IMG/VR virus record: IMGVR_UViG_3300025828_004167
Location: 1-64,000 of that record
DNA length: 64,000 nucleotides
Strand: one strand, 5' to 3'
Origin: a virus
The notes under the pieces were generated by a model. That model was given only the letters and a program-made list of their open reading frames with translations, ran no database searches and was not told the origin of the DNA. The first letter of the stretch is position 1; each line of letters starts with the position of its first letter. Position numbers and translations under genes: made by a program. Shown in pieces: positions 26,110-35,766 of this stretch.

Positions 26110-27750
26110 TTATTTCACTCCTATCACGCACTCTGTCAGTGCTGTTTCTTCGTTATATTTATGCTTAATCAGCCTGCCCAGGGTGTTAAAAGCGGTGCAT
26201 TCGTCCAGGTTGGCTGTCCTAGCCTCCCCATTGCCTGCTGAAACTATGCGGTCTCCCGCCTGTCCTGTACCCTTGATCTTGACGAAAACACGCCCTTTCA
26301 GTGCTATCATGGGGTGTGTTTCGTTGTTGCCGGCCTGTGCGTTCATTAAAAAAGCCGGAGATTCTGATACGACACCAAACACGGCGTCGTCTAATTCTTT
26401 TGTACACTTGGTTATCTCTGCATGTCCGCCTAAGATCACCACATCTCCCACTGCCAATTCACAATCGGCCTCATAACGCTCGGCCAAGTCAGCGTACTGC
26501 GCCGATGTTGATACCGCATGTACCACGTTGGCCCTGATGTCCACCAGTGTTGGCGCGCCCAGTTCAGTGTCTGTGTTACCGGACTTGAATGCAGTCCAGG
26601 CACCGCCTGCGTTGCCGTAAATGGTTGTTCCGTCGTCTGCGAAGGTCTCGTCCCACACCCAGAAGAGATCCTGTTCCGTAGCACTTGAAGTTTCGCCCCT
26701 GTTGACCTTCAGTCCTGAGTAGTTGGGCATTCCCGCCGCGCTTGATATGTTCCTGTTCAATTCTATGATGTTATCCTCCACTGTCAGCGTTGAAGTGTTG
26801 CTGGTCACAGTGTCGCCGTCTATGGTGAGGTTTCCTGTTATTCTTAAATCTCCTGACATGCTTACATTGCCGGTTGCTCCTGTCATGGTCATCACGGTCT
26901 TTGTGACCCCACCGTCATTTACCTTGAAACTGATGTCTCCGTCCTCCGTGACGTTGGCTATAGAGAAGTTGTCGCCCGACATGGTCATCTCTATGTCATT
27001 GCTGGCACCTATCCTCAATCCATTGTCGTTCTGTATCTCCAGGTGTCCCGTGGTTGAATCGTTCTGGTCAGATCTCAGGAAGTTGGCCACTGCGACGCCT
27101 CCTAACGCATCTGAATCCGTTGCCGTGCCCCTGAACTTGGCGTTAGAAACTGTGCTTGAAAGTTGTATACCCTGAGCCACCGATGAGAATCCTGCCGCTA
27201 TCAAGGCCGCCGCGTTCTCTTCTGTGGCGCTCGGTGTGAACGCAAGGTTTGATATCACGCCCACCACTGTGTCCTGTGTGACTAATTTAAGTATAGACCT
27301 GAATACTCCTGTGTTGTCCTGCACTACTTCTGTCACAACCTGTGTCACACCCGAACCCGCTATGGAAGTTGGACCGATCAAGGTCCACACAGATCCTGTG
27401 TAAACATAGAGTTGATTGTTGGCCGTGTCAAACCATAGGTCACCCTGCACAGCATTCGTTGGTGAAGTTGAGGAGTTGGTAGTTGAACCCACTGGCTTCC
27501 ACTTGGCCCCTGTGTAAACATTGATCTGTTTGTTGGTCTGGTCGAACCACAACTGTCCCTGTATCTTGTTCACAGGCGCTGATGTGTTGTTGAAATTCTC
27601 CAGTACCTTTACGAAGTTTTCGTTCAGTCGTTCACCAAACCCGGCATAGCCCTTACCAAAAAGTGTTAGGTCTGTCGTGGCGGTGTCTATGGTGCCGTCT
27701 GGCAGAGTTACTAATAAAGTACCGAATGTGTTGTTAATTTTGTACGCCAT
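26110..27750 (-). CDS. tail fibre/baseplate protein with C-terminal intramolecular-chaperone-like domain
   Basis: N-terminal TDLTLFGKGYAGFGE..ENF and repeated QGQLWFD/QGDLWFD; C-terminal SAQYADLAERY...IALKGRV (autocleavage chaperone-type motif); paralog of 41518..42735. Confidence 0.75.
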   Translation of the reverse strand: MAYKINNTFGTLLVTLPDGTIDTATTDLTLFGKGYAGFGERLNENFVKVLENFNNTSAPVNKIQGQLWFDQTNKQINVYTGAKWKPVGSTTNSSTSPTNAVQGDLWFDTANNQLYVYTGSVWTLIGPTSIAGSGVTQVVTEVVQDNTGVFRSILKLVTQDTVVGVISNLAFTPSATEENAAALIAAGFSSVAQGIQLSSTVSNAKFRGTATDSDALGGVAVANFLRSDQNDSTTGHLEIQNDNGLRIGASNDIEMTMSGDNFSIANVTEDGDISFKVNDGGVTKTVMTMTGATGNVSMSGDLRITGNLTIDGDTVTSNTSTLTVEDNIIELNRNISSAAGMPNYSGLKVNRGETSSATEQDLFWVWDETFADDGTTIYGNAGGAWTAFKSGNTDTELGAPTLVDIRANVVHAVSTSAQYADLAERYEADCELAVGDVVILGGHAEITKCTKELDDAVFGVVSESPAFLMNAQAGNNETHPMIALKGRVFVKIKGTGQAGDRIVSAGNGEARTANLDECTAFNTLGRLIKHKYNEETALTECVIGVK

Positions 27751-27756
27751 GTACGG

Positions 27757-27764
27757 GTATTTAT
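27757..27764 (-). promoter_or_regulatory. T4-late-like promoter ATAAATAC
   Basis: Minus strand ATAAATAC-ccgtac-ATG(27750); the box contains the upstream gene's TAA stop. Confidence 0.55.
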
Positions 27765-28645
27765 GCTGGAATCAAAGGCTTTGTGTACCTGCTAAACGGA
27801 GTGTAATATCCCTCTAGCCTGTTGTTGTAATTGACATCTCGCTTCATAAGATGCAGAGTGAGGCCTATCTTGTATGAGCAACCGTGCTTACGGTAGTCAG
27901 CGGGTGCGTGTAGCACACTGGCATCATGGACTATGGCACACTTTGGACGCCATGGCAATATCTTCTCTATGCTGAGACCCTCGTAGATGCTCATGGGTAT
28001 GTGTGCGGGCATGATGTCTTCCAAGATCTGTTGATCGCGAGCGCTGTGTTCCAGATTCTCCACGCCATACTCCTCGTAACTCTGGTGGCGGATCACATTA
28101 GCGTAGTTGGCGAAACTGCCTATGTCCCTGCCCCTCATGAAGTGCGTGGCCCTGCCCCTGTAACGCTGATTAAATGTCACGTACTCTGACGCATCGATCT
28201 TGTCCAGTTCCACTGGTATTATTATGTCCTTGTAGGGTCGATATCCCGTGAGGTGTGTCACGGCATCTGTGTGTAATCCATAGGGTTTTACTGATTTGAA
28301 GAACTGATCTCCCACGCTGATGGGATCCGACTGTGCGATGTCACTGTAAAAAATTACGTCATCACCAAAGTGCTCATAGATCTTAGGTCTTACTATGTCC
28401 GATATCTTGGCTATCAACATGGGGTACGTGATGTGTAGTACGTGATCGTTGATTGTATGACCAATTGTGTCAAAATTATCACTAAAGAACGATGCCAATG
28501 TTTCGCATTCGTGATCAGTGATGAAATCGTCCACCACGTATGATTCTTCATTTTGGTCTTTGAACAAAGTCGTGTTTGGATCATGGATTACATCCATTGA
28601 CTTTAATTCTTCCTGAGTGAATGGCCTATCTGTTTTGTATTTCAC
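27761..28645 (-). CDS. 2OG-Fe(II) oxygenase-like protein
   Basis: VVDDFIT, LHTD, IIIPV and a distal LHAP. Confidence 0.55.
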   Translation of the reverse strand: MKYKTDRPFTQEELKSMDVIHDPNTTLFKDQNEESYVVDDFITDHECETLASFFSDNFDTIGHTINDHVLHITYPMLIAKISDIVRPKIYEHFGDDVIFYSDIAQSDPISVGDQFFKSVKPYGLHTDAVTHLTGYRPYKDIIIPVELDKIDASEYVTFNQRYRGRATHFMRGRDIGSFANYANVIRHQSYEEYGVENLEHSARDQQILEDIMPAHIPMSIYEGLSIEKILPWRPKCAIVHDASVLHAPADYRKHGCSYKIGLTLHLMKRDVNYNNRLEGYYTPFSRYTKPLIPA

Positions 28646-29114
28646 TTGGTATCCTCTCTATGATCTCTTGCCATGGATGTCTTATGCAGAACTTTAGCAT
28701 CAGCCTATCGTAGTTGACCGGTTCCACCCAATGTTTCAGTTTGCCATTTTCCAACAAAACACACTCGTAGGGAACCTGCTGGTCCTCTACGACCATCACT
28801 GGTTGCGTGTCGAACAGGTTTATTTGTATGCTTGTCATGTCATCCTCGTCCACGTGTGGAGGCACATCGTTATTAGCGAAAAGATAGGCAAAACGGGGAT
28901 AGGTGTTCATCCCCCATATGCCAAGATCCTGCTCCACTTCCTTTGTGAGGTATCTTATGTCCGATCCGTCTTTCAGGTACACTTTCCACCATGATAATTT
29001 TGGCTCGAACTTCTTCCACTGATACCATTCACCACGTTGGTGAATGTCGTAGAATATTTTCCTGTATTTCTCTTTGTCTATTCTGTAATCAAGATGGATC
29101 AAATTCATAGGCAT
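28626..29114 (-). CDS. small 2OG-Fe(II)/cupin oxygenase-like protein
   Basis: PPHVD...IQINL...HWV...R..L pattern. Confidence 0.6.
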   Translation of the reverse strand: MPMNLIHLDYRIDKEKYRKIFYDIHQRGEWYQWKKFEPKLSWWKVYLKDGSDIRYLTKEVEQDLGIWGMNTYPRFAYLFANNDVPPHVDEDDMTSIQINLFDTQPVMVVEDQQVPYECVLLENGKLKHWVEPVNYDRLMLKFCIRHPWQEIIERIPSEIQNR

Positions 29115-29571
29115 GATCTCCTTTAAAAAATTTTAAACACTTGTAAAATTCAATGCAGTCCTCTATGTCGTCATCAAACGATATGTTCAAATTTATCCGT
29201 TTGTTATTGTTGTTGAATACCGCGTGTCTGACCTGTGTGTTTAGGAACATGGGTTTTGAAATTTCCGCATGCTCAAAACTACAAGGGGCGTAATCCTCAC
29301 TCAGGGGATATATCAAAGCAGTGTTACGTTTGCCACCATCGGTATGCCATTCCTGCACGGCGTTGGGACGTATCATTAAAAGATAACAGTTCCTCCCATG
29401 GAACGTCATGTTTAGATCATAAAAGTTCAGCACAGTAGGTTTCCTGGTCTTCGTGGATTTATGCGTAGTCCAATCCTCGTCTTTGAGACTCATTCCTATT
29501 CTGAGCAGTCTGTCTTTGACTTCAGTATCTAGGAACTCAGGTAACTCATAATGGCTAAGATCACTAGGCAT
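29089..29571 (-). CDS. small 2OG-Fe(II)/cupin oxygenase-like protein
   Basis: WHTD...LIYPL...LNTQVRHAVFN...RINL. Confidence 0.6.
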   Translation of the reverse strand: MPSDLSHYELPEFLDTEVKDRLLRIGMSLKDEDWTTHKSTKTRKPTVLNFYDLNMTFHGRNCYLLMIRPNAVQEWHTDGGKRNTALIYPLSEDYAPCSFEHAEISKPMFLNTQVRHAVFNNNNKRINLNISFDDDIEDCIEFYKCLKFFKGDHAYEFDPS

Positions 29572-30217
29572 CTCTGTAGTCCTTTTCCATCATTTTCTTG
29601 TATGACCTTTCAATTATCTGTGCAGGCACCTTTCCACTGTAAATGATATGTAACCGCTGTTCACTGCTGTTGTTCTCTACCCAGTGTTTATCGTAGAGAT
29701 TCATCATGTTGACCGGATTCGAATCAAAATCAATGATGCCTGCTCTCTCGTTATGGAAATGACATCCACTGGGATTGGTTATGGCGATGTTGGCTCCGTG
29801 CAGGTTACTATGCCGACTATCCCTGTGGACTGCGATCTTTCCTCCCGGCTCTAACAGGCTGAAATAAATCCTTCCCACAAAGTTGTCTTCTCCAAAGGTG
29901 TCCTTGAACCACTGTACGGTAACGGGACACTCATTAGCCACATCCTTCCAGACATGTCTGTCTTTGCTGACGAACCCATTTTTGTCTGAACTGACCGAGG
30001 TTTCAACCGACAGCGGAGCATAAAGTTCGAGGCTATTCCACCCCACGAATCTGGGATCGATCGATCCATCTGTTTTGCGGTGAGGTGATGCTCGATGCTT
30101 GACCGCCTCCCACTCCTTGAAGATCCTTTCCTTTGGAACTTCTATTTCAAGTGGCAAGTGGCTAATGCCACTTTTAAAGATTATCCACTCAGCATCTATA
30201 GTTAGATCACCAGGCAT
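29564..30217 (-). CDS. aspartyl/asparaginyl beta-hydroxylase family oxygenase
   Basis: LEPGGKIAVHRD, NIAITNP, HWVENNS..RLHII. Confidence 0.75.
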   Translation of the reverse strand: MPGDLTIDAEWIIFKSGISHLPLEIEVPKERIFKEWEAVKHRASPHRKTDGSIDPRFVGWNSLELYAPLSVETSVSSDKNGFVSKDRHVWKDVANECPVTVQWFKDTFGEDNFVGRIYFSLLEPGGKIAVHRDSRHSNLHGANIAITNPSGCHFHNERAGIIDFDSNPVNMMNLYDKHWVENNSSEQRLHIIYSGKVPAQIIERSYKKMMEKDYRDA

Positions 30218-30870
30218 CTTTGTAATCCTCTGATACTATTTGTTGGGAACTTGGTATCATGCCATTTGGCATTAAATCTCGCGGCCAGCCAATCGTCGTC
30301 ATAGAACGACCATAACCACTTATCAGTCTTAATGTAGAACACATCATGGCTTTCTATGTCCTCCCACATGTTCGGCTCAAGGTTCTTCCATGTGCATATG
30401 GCATCATAGGAGGGGCGGAATCTATTGGAATAATATGTCAGCAGTACCTGATCACAGTGTTTCTTCAACACATCTATTATGTCTCGAGTTTCCTCGAAAG
30501 TGAAATGCGTGAATACCGAAAAGGCAACACACACATCGTAATGATTTTTTATCGTTGGCACCCGTTCCTGTCCATGTGGATTGTACATGTGATTGTATCC
30601 GTCATAGTGTTCGAACTTGTACTGTGGTAATCGGAATTTATTTTTGTTTATAACCCCTAGATCTATGTCCATTCCTGTATAATTGCCATGTGATTCGAAA
30701 CTGACAAAGTTTGCTTCGCCGCACCCAAAATCCAACACACTCTTGCCTTCGAATTGAATGAATTGCTCAAAATATTTCCTTATCTGTCCCCTACCCCAGT
30801 ACCTGCCATACAGGTCTGTATCGCCGTTAGACATATAAAGATAGTTTGCCTGTAGTCCGGGTTTAGTCAT
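30202..30870 (-). CDS. class I SAM-dependent methyltransferase
   Basis: VLDFGCG, YTGMDID, YNHMYNP, FSVFTH. Confidence 0.85.
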   Translation of the reverse strand: MTKPGLQANYLYMSNGDTDLYGRYWGRGQIRKYFEQFIQFEGKSVLDFGCGEANFVSFESHGNYTGMDIDLGVINKNKFRLPQYKFEHYDGYNHMYNPHGQERVPTIKNHYDVCVAFSVFTHFTFEETRDIIDVLKKHCDQVLLTYYSNRFRPSYDAICTWKNLEPNMWEDIESHDVFYIKTDKWLWSFYDDDWLAARFNAKWHDTKFPTNSIRGLQRCLVI

Positions 30871-31567
30871 CGGTCTCCTTTATGGCAACACCACCTAAAA
30901 ACATATGATCCATCCAAAACGGTTGGATCAAATTAAATCCCGCATCACTCAACATCTGGTCGATTTCCTTCCAGGAGTTAGGTTTTAACATGCTACGCAA
31001 TTTCTTTTCCTTTTCCAATATCTCGTCGGAAGTAAAATGTTTGGATTTGTAATCATAGTAGTTGAATGTGAGCATTTCCTGGAATCTCGCATCACTGCAC
31101 ACAATTTTTTCTGCGAAAATGAAGCATCCTCCCTTATTCAATCCTTTGTATATCTTTTCAATCATCGATGCTCTGTCCTTAACTGGCAAAAACTGGAGTG
31201 TGAAAAGTGACGTGACCAATGAACAGTTTGTGAATTTATAATCCCGTATGTCGCCATGTATGAAGGACAACCTAGTGCTTGGTTGTTTTTTGTAAACTAA
31301 TTGCTTTGTATTATCTAGGGACTTTACAAAATTTTCCTCTATCTCGACGCCAACATACTCACAGTCAATGACATTCTTTGCAAAGATCTCATAAAGTAAT
31401 TTGCCAGTGGAACAACCTATGTCTACAACTGTGGTATTCTGCTCGACGAAATACTGCGATAGATTGACAACGTCTTGTAATAAATTATCGTAACCACGTA
31501 TGGATTTCTTTATGTGTTCGTCAAAATTTTCCGCTTCGCCGTGTCCAAATGTAAACTTATGGTTCAT
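30863..31567 (-). CDS. CmoA-like SAM-binding protein (carboxy-SAM synthase family or methyltransferase)
   Basis: FDEHIKKSIRGY, DIGCSTG, LFTLQFL and GGCFIFAEK parallel CmoA (RSVPGY, DLGCSLG, NFTLQFL, SEK). Confidence 0.75.
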   Translation of the reverse strand: MNHKFTFGHGEAENFDEHIKKSIRGYDNLLQDVVNLSQYFVEQNTTVVDIGCSTGKLLYEIFAKNVIDCEYVGVEIEENFVKSLDNTKQLVYKKQPSTRLSFIHGDIRDYKFTNCSLVTSLFTLQFLPVKDRASMIEKIYKGLNKGGCFIFAEKIVCSDARFQEMLTFNYYDYKSKHFTSDEILEKEKKLRSMLKPNSWKEIDQMLSDAGFNLIQPFWMDHMFLGGVAIKETDD

Positions 31568-32538
31568 ACTGTTTTACCTCCGAGATGACTGACCAAATCG
31601 TTGTATTCCCACGAATGCACCTGATTACAATGTCCGTACTTCTGCATCAAAACAGTTCTACACTTTAGGTCGAAGTGCATTATATTTTCAAAACCCGTTT
31701 GCTTACGCTCCTGTACAATATCAGGAAATCCTTCTTCATATATCTTTTTCTTGCTAAGTTCCACGTCTATCTCTCCCCATTCTCCACATTCTGCTAGGTG
31801 CTTTGTCCATGGATGATGTAAAAATGACAATAGAATTTCTGGTGTGTATATAAAGAACCCAGGCACTGCTGGTTTTTGTTTTAACATTGGATAACGAAAG
31901 ATCGACATGTGTCTTTCGTTCCTTTTGACGTACCAAGGCACTTTTGGATATTCTTTTATTTCGTTTTCGATCACTGTCATAGTCTTTAGATCCCACTTCC
32001 AATATTTTGAAAAATCTCTGTGTACTACGTTTGTGTTGTAACCCAAAACAGGCACTCCCTCAACTTGATCATATAACCATAAAAATAAAAGCATCTGTGG
32101 TGTGGGACAACTTGACAAGTCTGCATATTCAAATGCTTCAGATTCCAAAAACTCTTCAATATCTAGTTTATGTATGATTGGTTTTATTCCGTTTGCATCA
32201 CAGAACTTGTACGCACATCCAACATCCTGCAGGTTGAGATTATCTGCAAATTCTACGACGTTTACATTGACCGGTATGTCTTGTTCTATGAAACTCCTCA
32301 ACATGACCTCACTGTCTGAACCTCCACTGTACAGTACGTCAACAGGCAACGACAGAGCATCTACTCTGTCTTTTATCATTCTGGCAACCCTAAAACATTC
32401 TTCCTTGAATGTTCCAACATTCCTTGACACGGTTCCGTATCCTGCCCAAAACTTGTCATCCTCGTTTTGCCTAGTGTTATATTCTAGACCGTTGTACCCA
32501 AATTTGAAGTGGTTATTTTCTGTGTATTCGAACATCAC
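31564..32538 (-). CDS. PP-loop (adenine nucleotide alpha-hydrolase-like) protein
   Basis: VLYSGGSDSE matches the SGGxDS PP-loop; C-terminal KxTGFE. Confidence 0.6.
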   Translation of the reverse strand: MMFEYTENNHFKFGYNGLEYNTRQNEDDKFWAGYGTVSRNVGTFKEECFRVARMIKDRVDALSLPVDVLYSGGSDSEVMLRSFIEQDIPVNVNVVEFADNLNLQDVGCAYKFCDANGIKPIIHKLDIEEFLESEAFEYADLSSCPTPQMLLFLWLYDQVEGVPVLGYNTNVVHRDFSKYWKWDLKTMTVIENEIKEYPKVPWYVKRNERHMSIFRYPMLKQKPAVPGFFIYTPEILLSFLHHPWTKHLAECGEWGEIDVELSKKKIYEEGFPDIVQERKQTGFENIMHFDLKCRTVLMQKYGHCNQVHSWEYNDLVSHLGGKTV

Positions 32539-33062
32539 GTTAACTCCTCGAACCCGATATCATGGATCCCCATATGAAATACTACTCTCTCTTTTGATGG
32601 AGGCCTTACTCCGTGTGGTTTCTTTGTGTTCAATACCACCATGGAATGATAAAGTATGCTGTCGCTGTTGGTACCGTCGTTAAAGTACAGCTCTCCTGTG
32701 TTTTCCGTTATGGGAATCACAAACGAACACTTACTCTTTTTATCAACGTGTATCGGCAACTCTCCTCCCGCCAGCACCCTGAAGAAATTACATCTGAATT
32801 CCCTGGGTCTGATCCCAAACTCGTTCCATATGTTTTTTATGAGTCTCAACAACTTGCGGTCGAAGTCGTGAATCTCTTGTACATAGAACTTGTTCATTTC
32901 CTTTCCGCCCGTCGCCTCATTAACATATTCGGAGTACAACTGGTTGCTGTCTTCCCACTTGCCGTTGAAATAACCGTTCCAGAAATCAGTAGGAACCTTG
33001 TAATCGGTCTCTATAAACAAGTTTTTATGCCAGTTTTTTTGTATATGCCTTGTCATAATCAA
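32535..33062 (-). CDS. 2OG-Fe(II)/Asp-hydroxylase-like oxygenase
   Basis: GGELPIHVD, FVIPI, LNTKKPHGV...ERV. Confidence 0.65.
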   Translation of the reverse strand: MIMTRHIQKNWHKNLFIETDYKVPTDFWNGYFNGKWEDSNQLYSEYVNEATGGKEMNKFYVQEIHDFDRKLLRLIKNIWNEFGIRPREFRCNFFRVLAGGELPIHVDKKSKCSFVIPITENTGELYFNDGTNSDSILYHSMVVLNTKKPHGVRPPSKERVVFHMGIHDIGFEELT

Positions 33063-33867
33063 ATGCTATCCTGTGGAGTAATCTGTTTTTCATGCCGTCA
33101 AAACTCCATCTTTTGTGTATGCTCAACCATTGCTCGGATATGACAAGATCGTTGTCCTGCCACGCATGATGGTAGATGTACTTTTCCTGTGTACAGTGTT
33201 CCTTGAGTAGTTTGTGTAACTCCTTCCATTCCTCTCTTGTTGCTCCTTCCACTATATCGTACACTTGCTGGAATGGAAAGTAAAGTCCTTTTTTACCCTC
33301 TTTGTTCGTATGAACAAGACTGATAGGGTTTTCATAATTTATTTTTTCCTTTGCTACTGCCATGTTGCTGAACGAACCCACTTTATACCCAGAAGCATAT
33401 TTTATAGTTTCCAGTTTTCTTTTCATTTCCATTGACAGGTCGTTGTATGCCATTTCCTGGTTTATCCAACTTGTACGTGATCCTGCACTGCCCTTAACGG
33501 CGTACAGCCAGACGAATGGGTATCTCTTCACGGCATTGGCATGATGTGTGTGCCAATCCAGTTCCTCGTCGTGACCGAACAGTCCCTTGTCACCTTTAGC
33601 ATTCAACTCTCCTGTGACTCTGATCACGCCTGGTTCGATCAGTATCCGTTCTTTCTCCGCGGCGTCCTTCCCATGATCCAGTTTTACTGTGCCAATGCTC
33701 GAAGCGATTCTCATCTGGTCCTGTATCGTTAGAGTTTGATCTCTGAATATCACCACAAAATGCCTGTTACACAATTTTGCGACTTCATGCAGTTGTGTTA
33801 CAGAAAGGCTGTTGATGTCCTCGTGTATTGTTAGTGTCCAACCGTTACTGTCTATTGATGATTTCAT
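33025..33867 (-). CDS. TauD/TfdA family dioxygenase
   Basis: VVIFRDQTL, LDWHT, GSRTSW, MAYNDL, YHHAWQDNDLVI, HKR, RLLHR. Confidence 0.85.
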   Translation of the reverse strand: MKSSIDSNGWTLTIHEDINSLSVTQLHEVAKLCNRHFVVIFRDQTLTIQDQMRIASSIGTVKLDHGKDAAEKERILIEPGVIRVTGELNAKGDKGLFGHDEELDWHTHHANAVKRYPFVWLYAVKGSAGSRTSWINQEMAYNDLSMEMKRKLETIKYASGYKVGSFSNMAVAKEKINYENPISLVHTNKEGKKGLYFPFQQVYDIVEGATREEWKELHKLLKEHCTQEKYIYHHAWQDNDLVISEQWLSIHKRWSFDGMKNRLLHRIAFDYDKAYTKKLA

Positions 33868-34669
33868 CCAAATCCTGCTGTCCTTGTAATGATATAATGA
33901 TGTGTGACCTGGTTGTTGAACCTTTGTTCCATGCCGAATGCCTCATTCCTTGATTCAAAAACCAGCAGGATCCGGGTTCCATTTTTTGATAAACTTTTTC
34001 ACCAGACTTGTCCACACAGTAGAAACCACATTTATCATTCGTAGTGATAGGTATATGGAAACGCACAGAGTAATCGGTGTTGTAGTCTATGTGTTCGGCC
34101 ACGTATGCTCCGGGATCCATGATCGCTATCCTGGCCCTCGTGGTCTCCGCCTTGAATGATGTGATCACTTCCTCGAGGTAAGTGCCTTTGACCCAATCCT
34201 TGATCTTGTTGTAGTGTCTCTCATCAAGTCTACTCTTGGGTATCTTTTTATCGTATACCCTCGTCTCTTCGTCTGGATTATATTGAGTTAAGGCAATCTG
34301 TTTGTAGGGAGATCCATTGACCTCGTACTTGCCGTTCTCGTCCTTCTGTATGTAATTCTCAAAGGGCTTGACATAGTTCCTGTAGTCCCAAGCCATCCTC
34401 TTGTTGCCCAGTCCCTTGCGCAGTTCTGATTCTTCAACATCGTTGTCCTGTAGGAACTTGTAGGCGTCCTCTATGGAATCAAACTTCAAGCCGAATGCCT
34501 TCTGTAGTTTAGGTGATTTACCCCCAACCCTAACTCCGTATCCATATTTGGTTTTCAGATCATCCTCTGCGACTGGCATGTCCTGTACCACTTTGATCAT
34601 CCTGTCAACGTCAAACGTTTGATCTAGTTTCAAGAAAGGTGGCAGTTCGTATCTAGTCTTTAATTTCAT
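33845..34669 (-). CDS. aspartyl/asparaginyl beta-hydroxylase family oxygenase
   Basis: RARIAIMDPG..HIDY, RFHIPITTN, HSAWN...RSHII. Likely start is MKLKTRY at 34669. Confidence 0.75.
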   Translation of the reverse strand: MKLKTRYELPPFLKLDQTFDVDRMIKVVQDMPVAEDDLKTKYGYGVRVGGKSPKLQKAFGLKFDSIEDAYKFLQDNDVEESELRKGLGNKRMAWDYRNYVKPFENYIQKDENGKYEVNGSPYKQIALTQYNPDEETRVYDKKIPKSRLDERHYNKIKDWVKGTYLEEVITSFKAETTRARIAIMDPGAYVAEHIDYNTDYSVRFHIPITTNDKCGFYCVDKSGEKVYQKMEPGSCWFLNQGMRHSAWNKGSTTRSHIIISLQGQQDLDEIINRQ

Positions 34670-35201
34670 AAGTCCCCTTGTATTGCCAACACGATTCATG
34701 TTTGGGATCACACACCGCAACCTTGCCTTCGTGCATTTTCCATTCCGTGTCAGTTTTTTCGCCCAATTCTATAAAGAGTCTCTTCATAAATCCCGGGTTT
34801 CTACATCTACTGATAAACACTTTATTGTAGCCTGCTTCCTTGGCAAATGTCAACTGATGTTTTACCGTGGCTACTAGGTGTGGCCTGGCGATCAATCTCC
34901 CATTCATCCTAAGTTTTGGATGTTCCCAGTACCTATTTAGAATACGTGCTTCTCCCTCATCATAATACTCAGGACGGTGCCATACAGAACTAAAACCAAG
35001 CACTTCTTTTTCCTTCAGTAGCACAGTGATACAGTCAAAAGCAAACCAATCTATGTTCTCATAGTTGCTGGCTATCTCTTCCGAACCAAAATCTATGTCT
35101 CTCAACTGCTTGAGAATATCTGTACGATCCCCTGGGGCGAAAGTCAGCACATCGCACTCGCTGTTCTTGTTGGCAAAATTTTTATCTCCAGGCGTGAACA
35201 T
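34653..35201 (-). CDS. hypothetical protein, possibly GNAT-like
   Basis: GFSSV, ARILNRYW, AKEAGYNKVFIS, C...CWQ. Likely start is MFTPGD at 35201. Confidence 0.5.
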   Translation of the reverse strand: MFTPGDKNFANKNSECDVLTFAPGDRTDILKQLRDIDFGSEEIASNYENIDWFAFDCITVLLKEKEVLGFSSVWHRPEYYDEGEARILNRYWEHPKLRMNGRLIARPHLVATVKHQLTFAKEAGYNKVFISRCRNPGFMKRLFIELGEKTDTEWKMHEGKVAVCDPKHESCWQYKGTYEIKD

Positions 35202-35766
35202 TGTTCCAGAATTCCTTTTTCTTTTTACCATGCACCAGAAGATGCACACGTTCTTGATCTGAATTGTTCTCAACATAGTGCTCGTAGTGTATGTTTAAAA
35301 CCAACGGCATTCCGGGCACATAATCTACCTGTTTATTGTTTAAAACGAATCTGTTACCTTCGGGATAACTCAGACAGATGTTTAAAGGTTCTAACCAGTT
35401 GCGTTCTGGCACATCTATGTGCTTTGTGATATAACCGTTTGGTTTGATCACAAGGAATCTTATGTCATCTATCCTAGCGTATGGCAAACTCTTTACCCAC
35501 TCTATTGTGCGTGGACAACGTTCGCCAACATCAGTTACACCTGGCTTTTGTTTTTTGCGATCATACTCCCAATGGCTGTTTGTCTTGTCTGAAGCGAATC
35601 CATAAAGGGTCACGGCACACCAATCCTTGTGTCCGTCCTCTGGCCTGTGTATGACTAGCCTATCCTTGATCAGTTCGTATTCCGTCAAAATTTGTTTGAC
35701 CGGGACATCGAAGTCCATCTGCACGTATTCCACACTGCTGTTTCTATCAAATTTTTGAGTGTTCAT
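35182..35766 (-). CDS. aspartyl/asparaginyl beta-hydroxylase family oxygenase
   Basis: RFLVIKPNGYITKHID, LNICL, HYVENNSDQERVHL; paralog of 29564..30217. Likely start near 35766. Confidence 0.75.
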   Translation of the reverse strand: MNTQKFDRNSSVEYVQMDFDVPVKQILTEYELIKDRLVIHRPEDGHKDWCAVTLYGFASDKTNSHWEYDRKKQKPGVTDVGERCPRTIEWVKSLPYARIDDIRFLVIKPNGYITKHIDVPERNWLEPLNICLSYPEGNRFVLNNKQVDYVPGMPLVLNIHYEHYVENNSDQERVHLLVHGKKKKEFWNNVHAWR

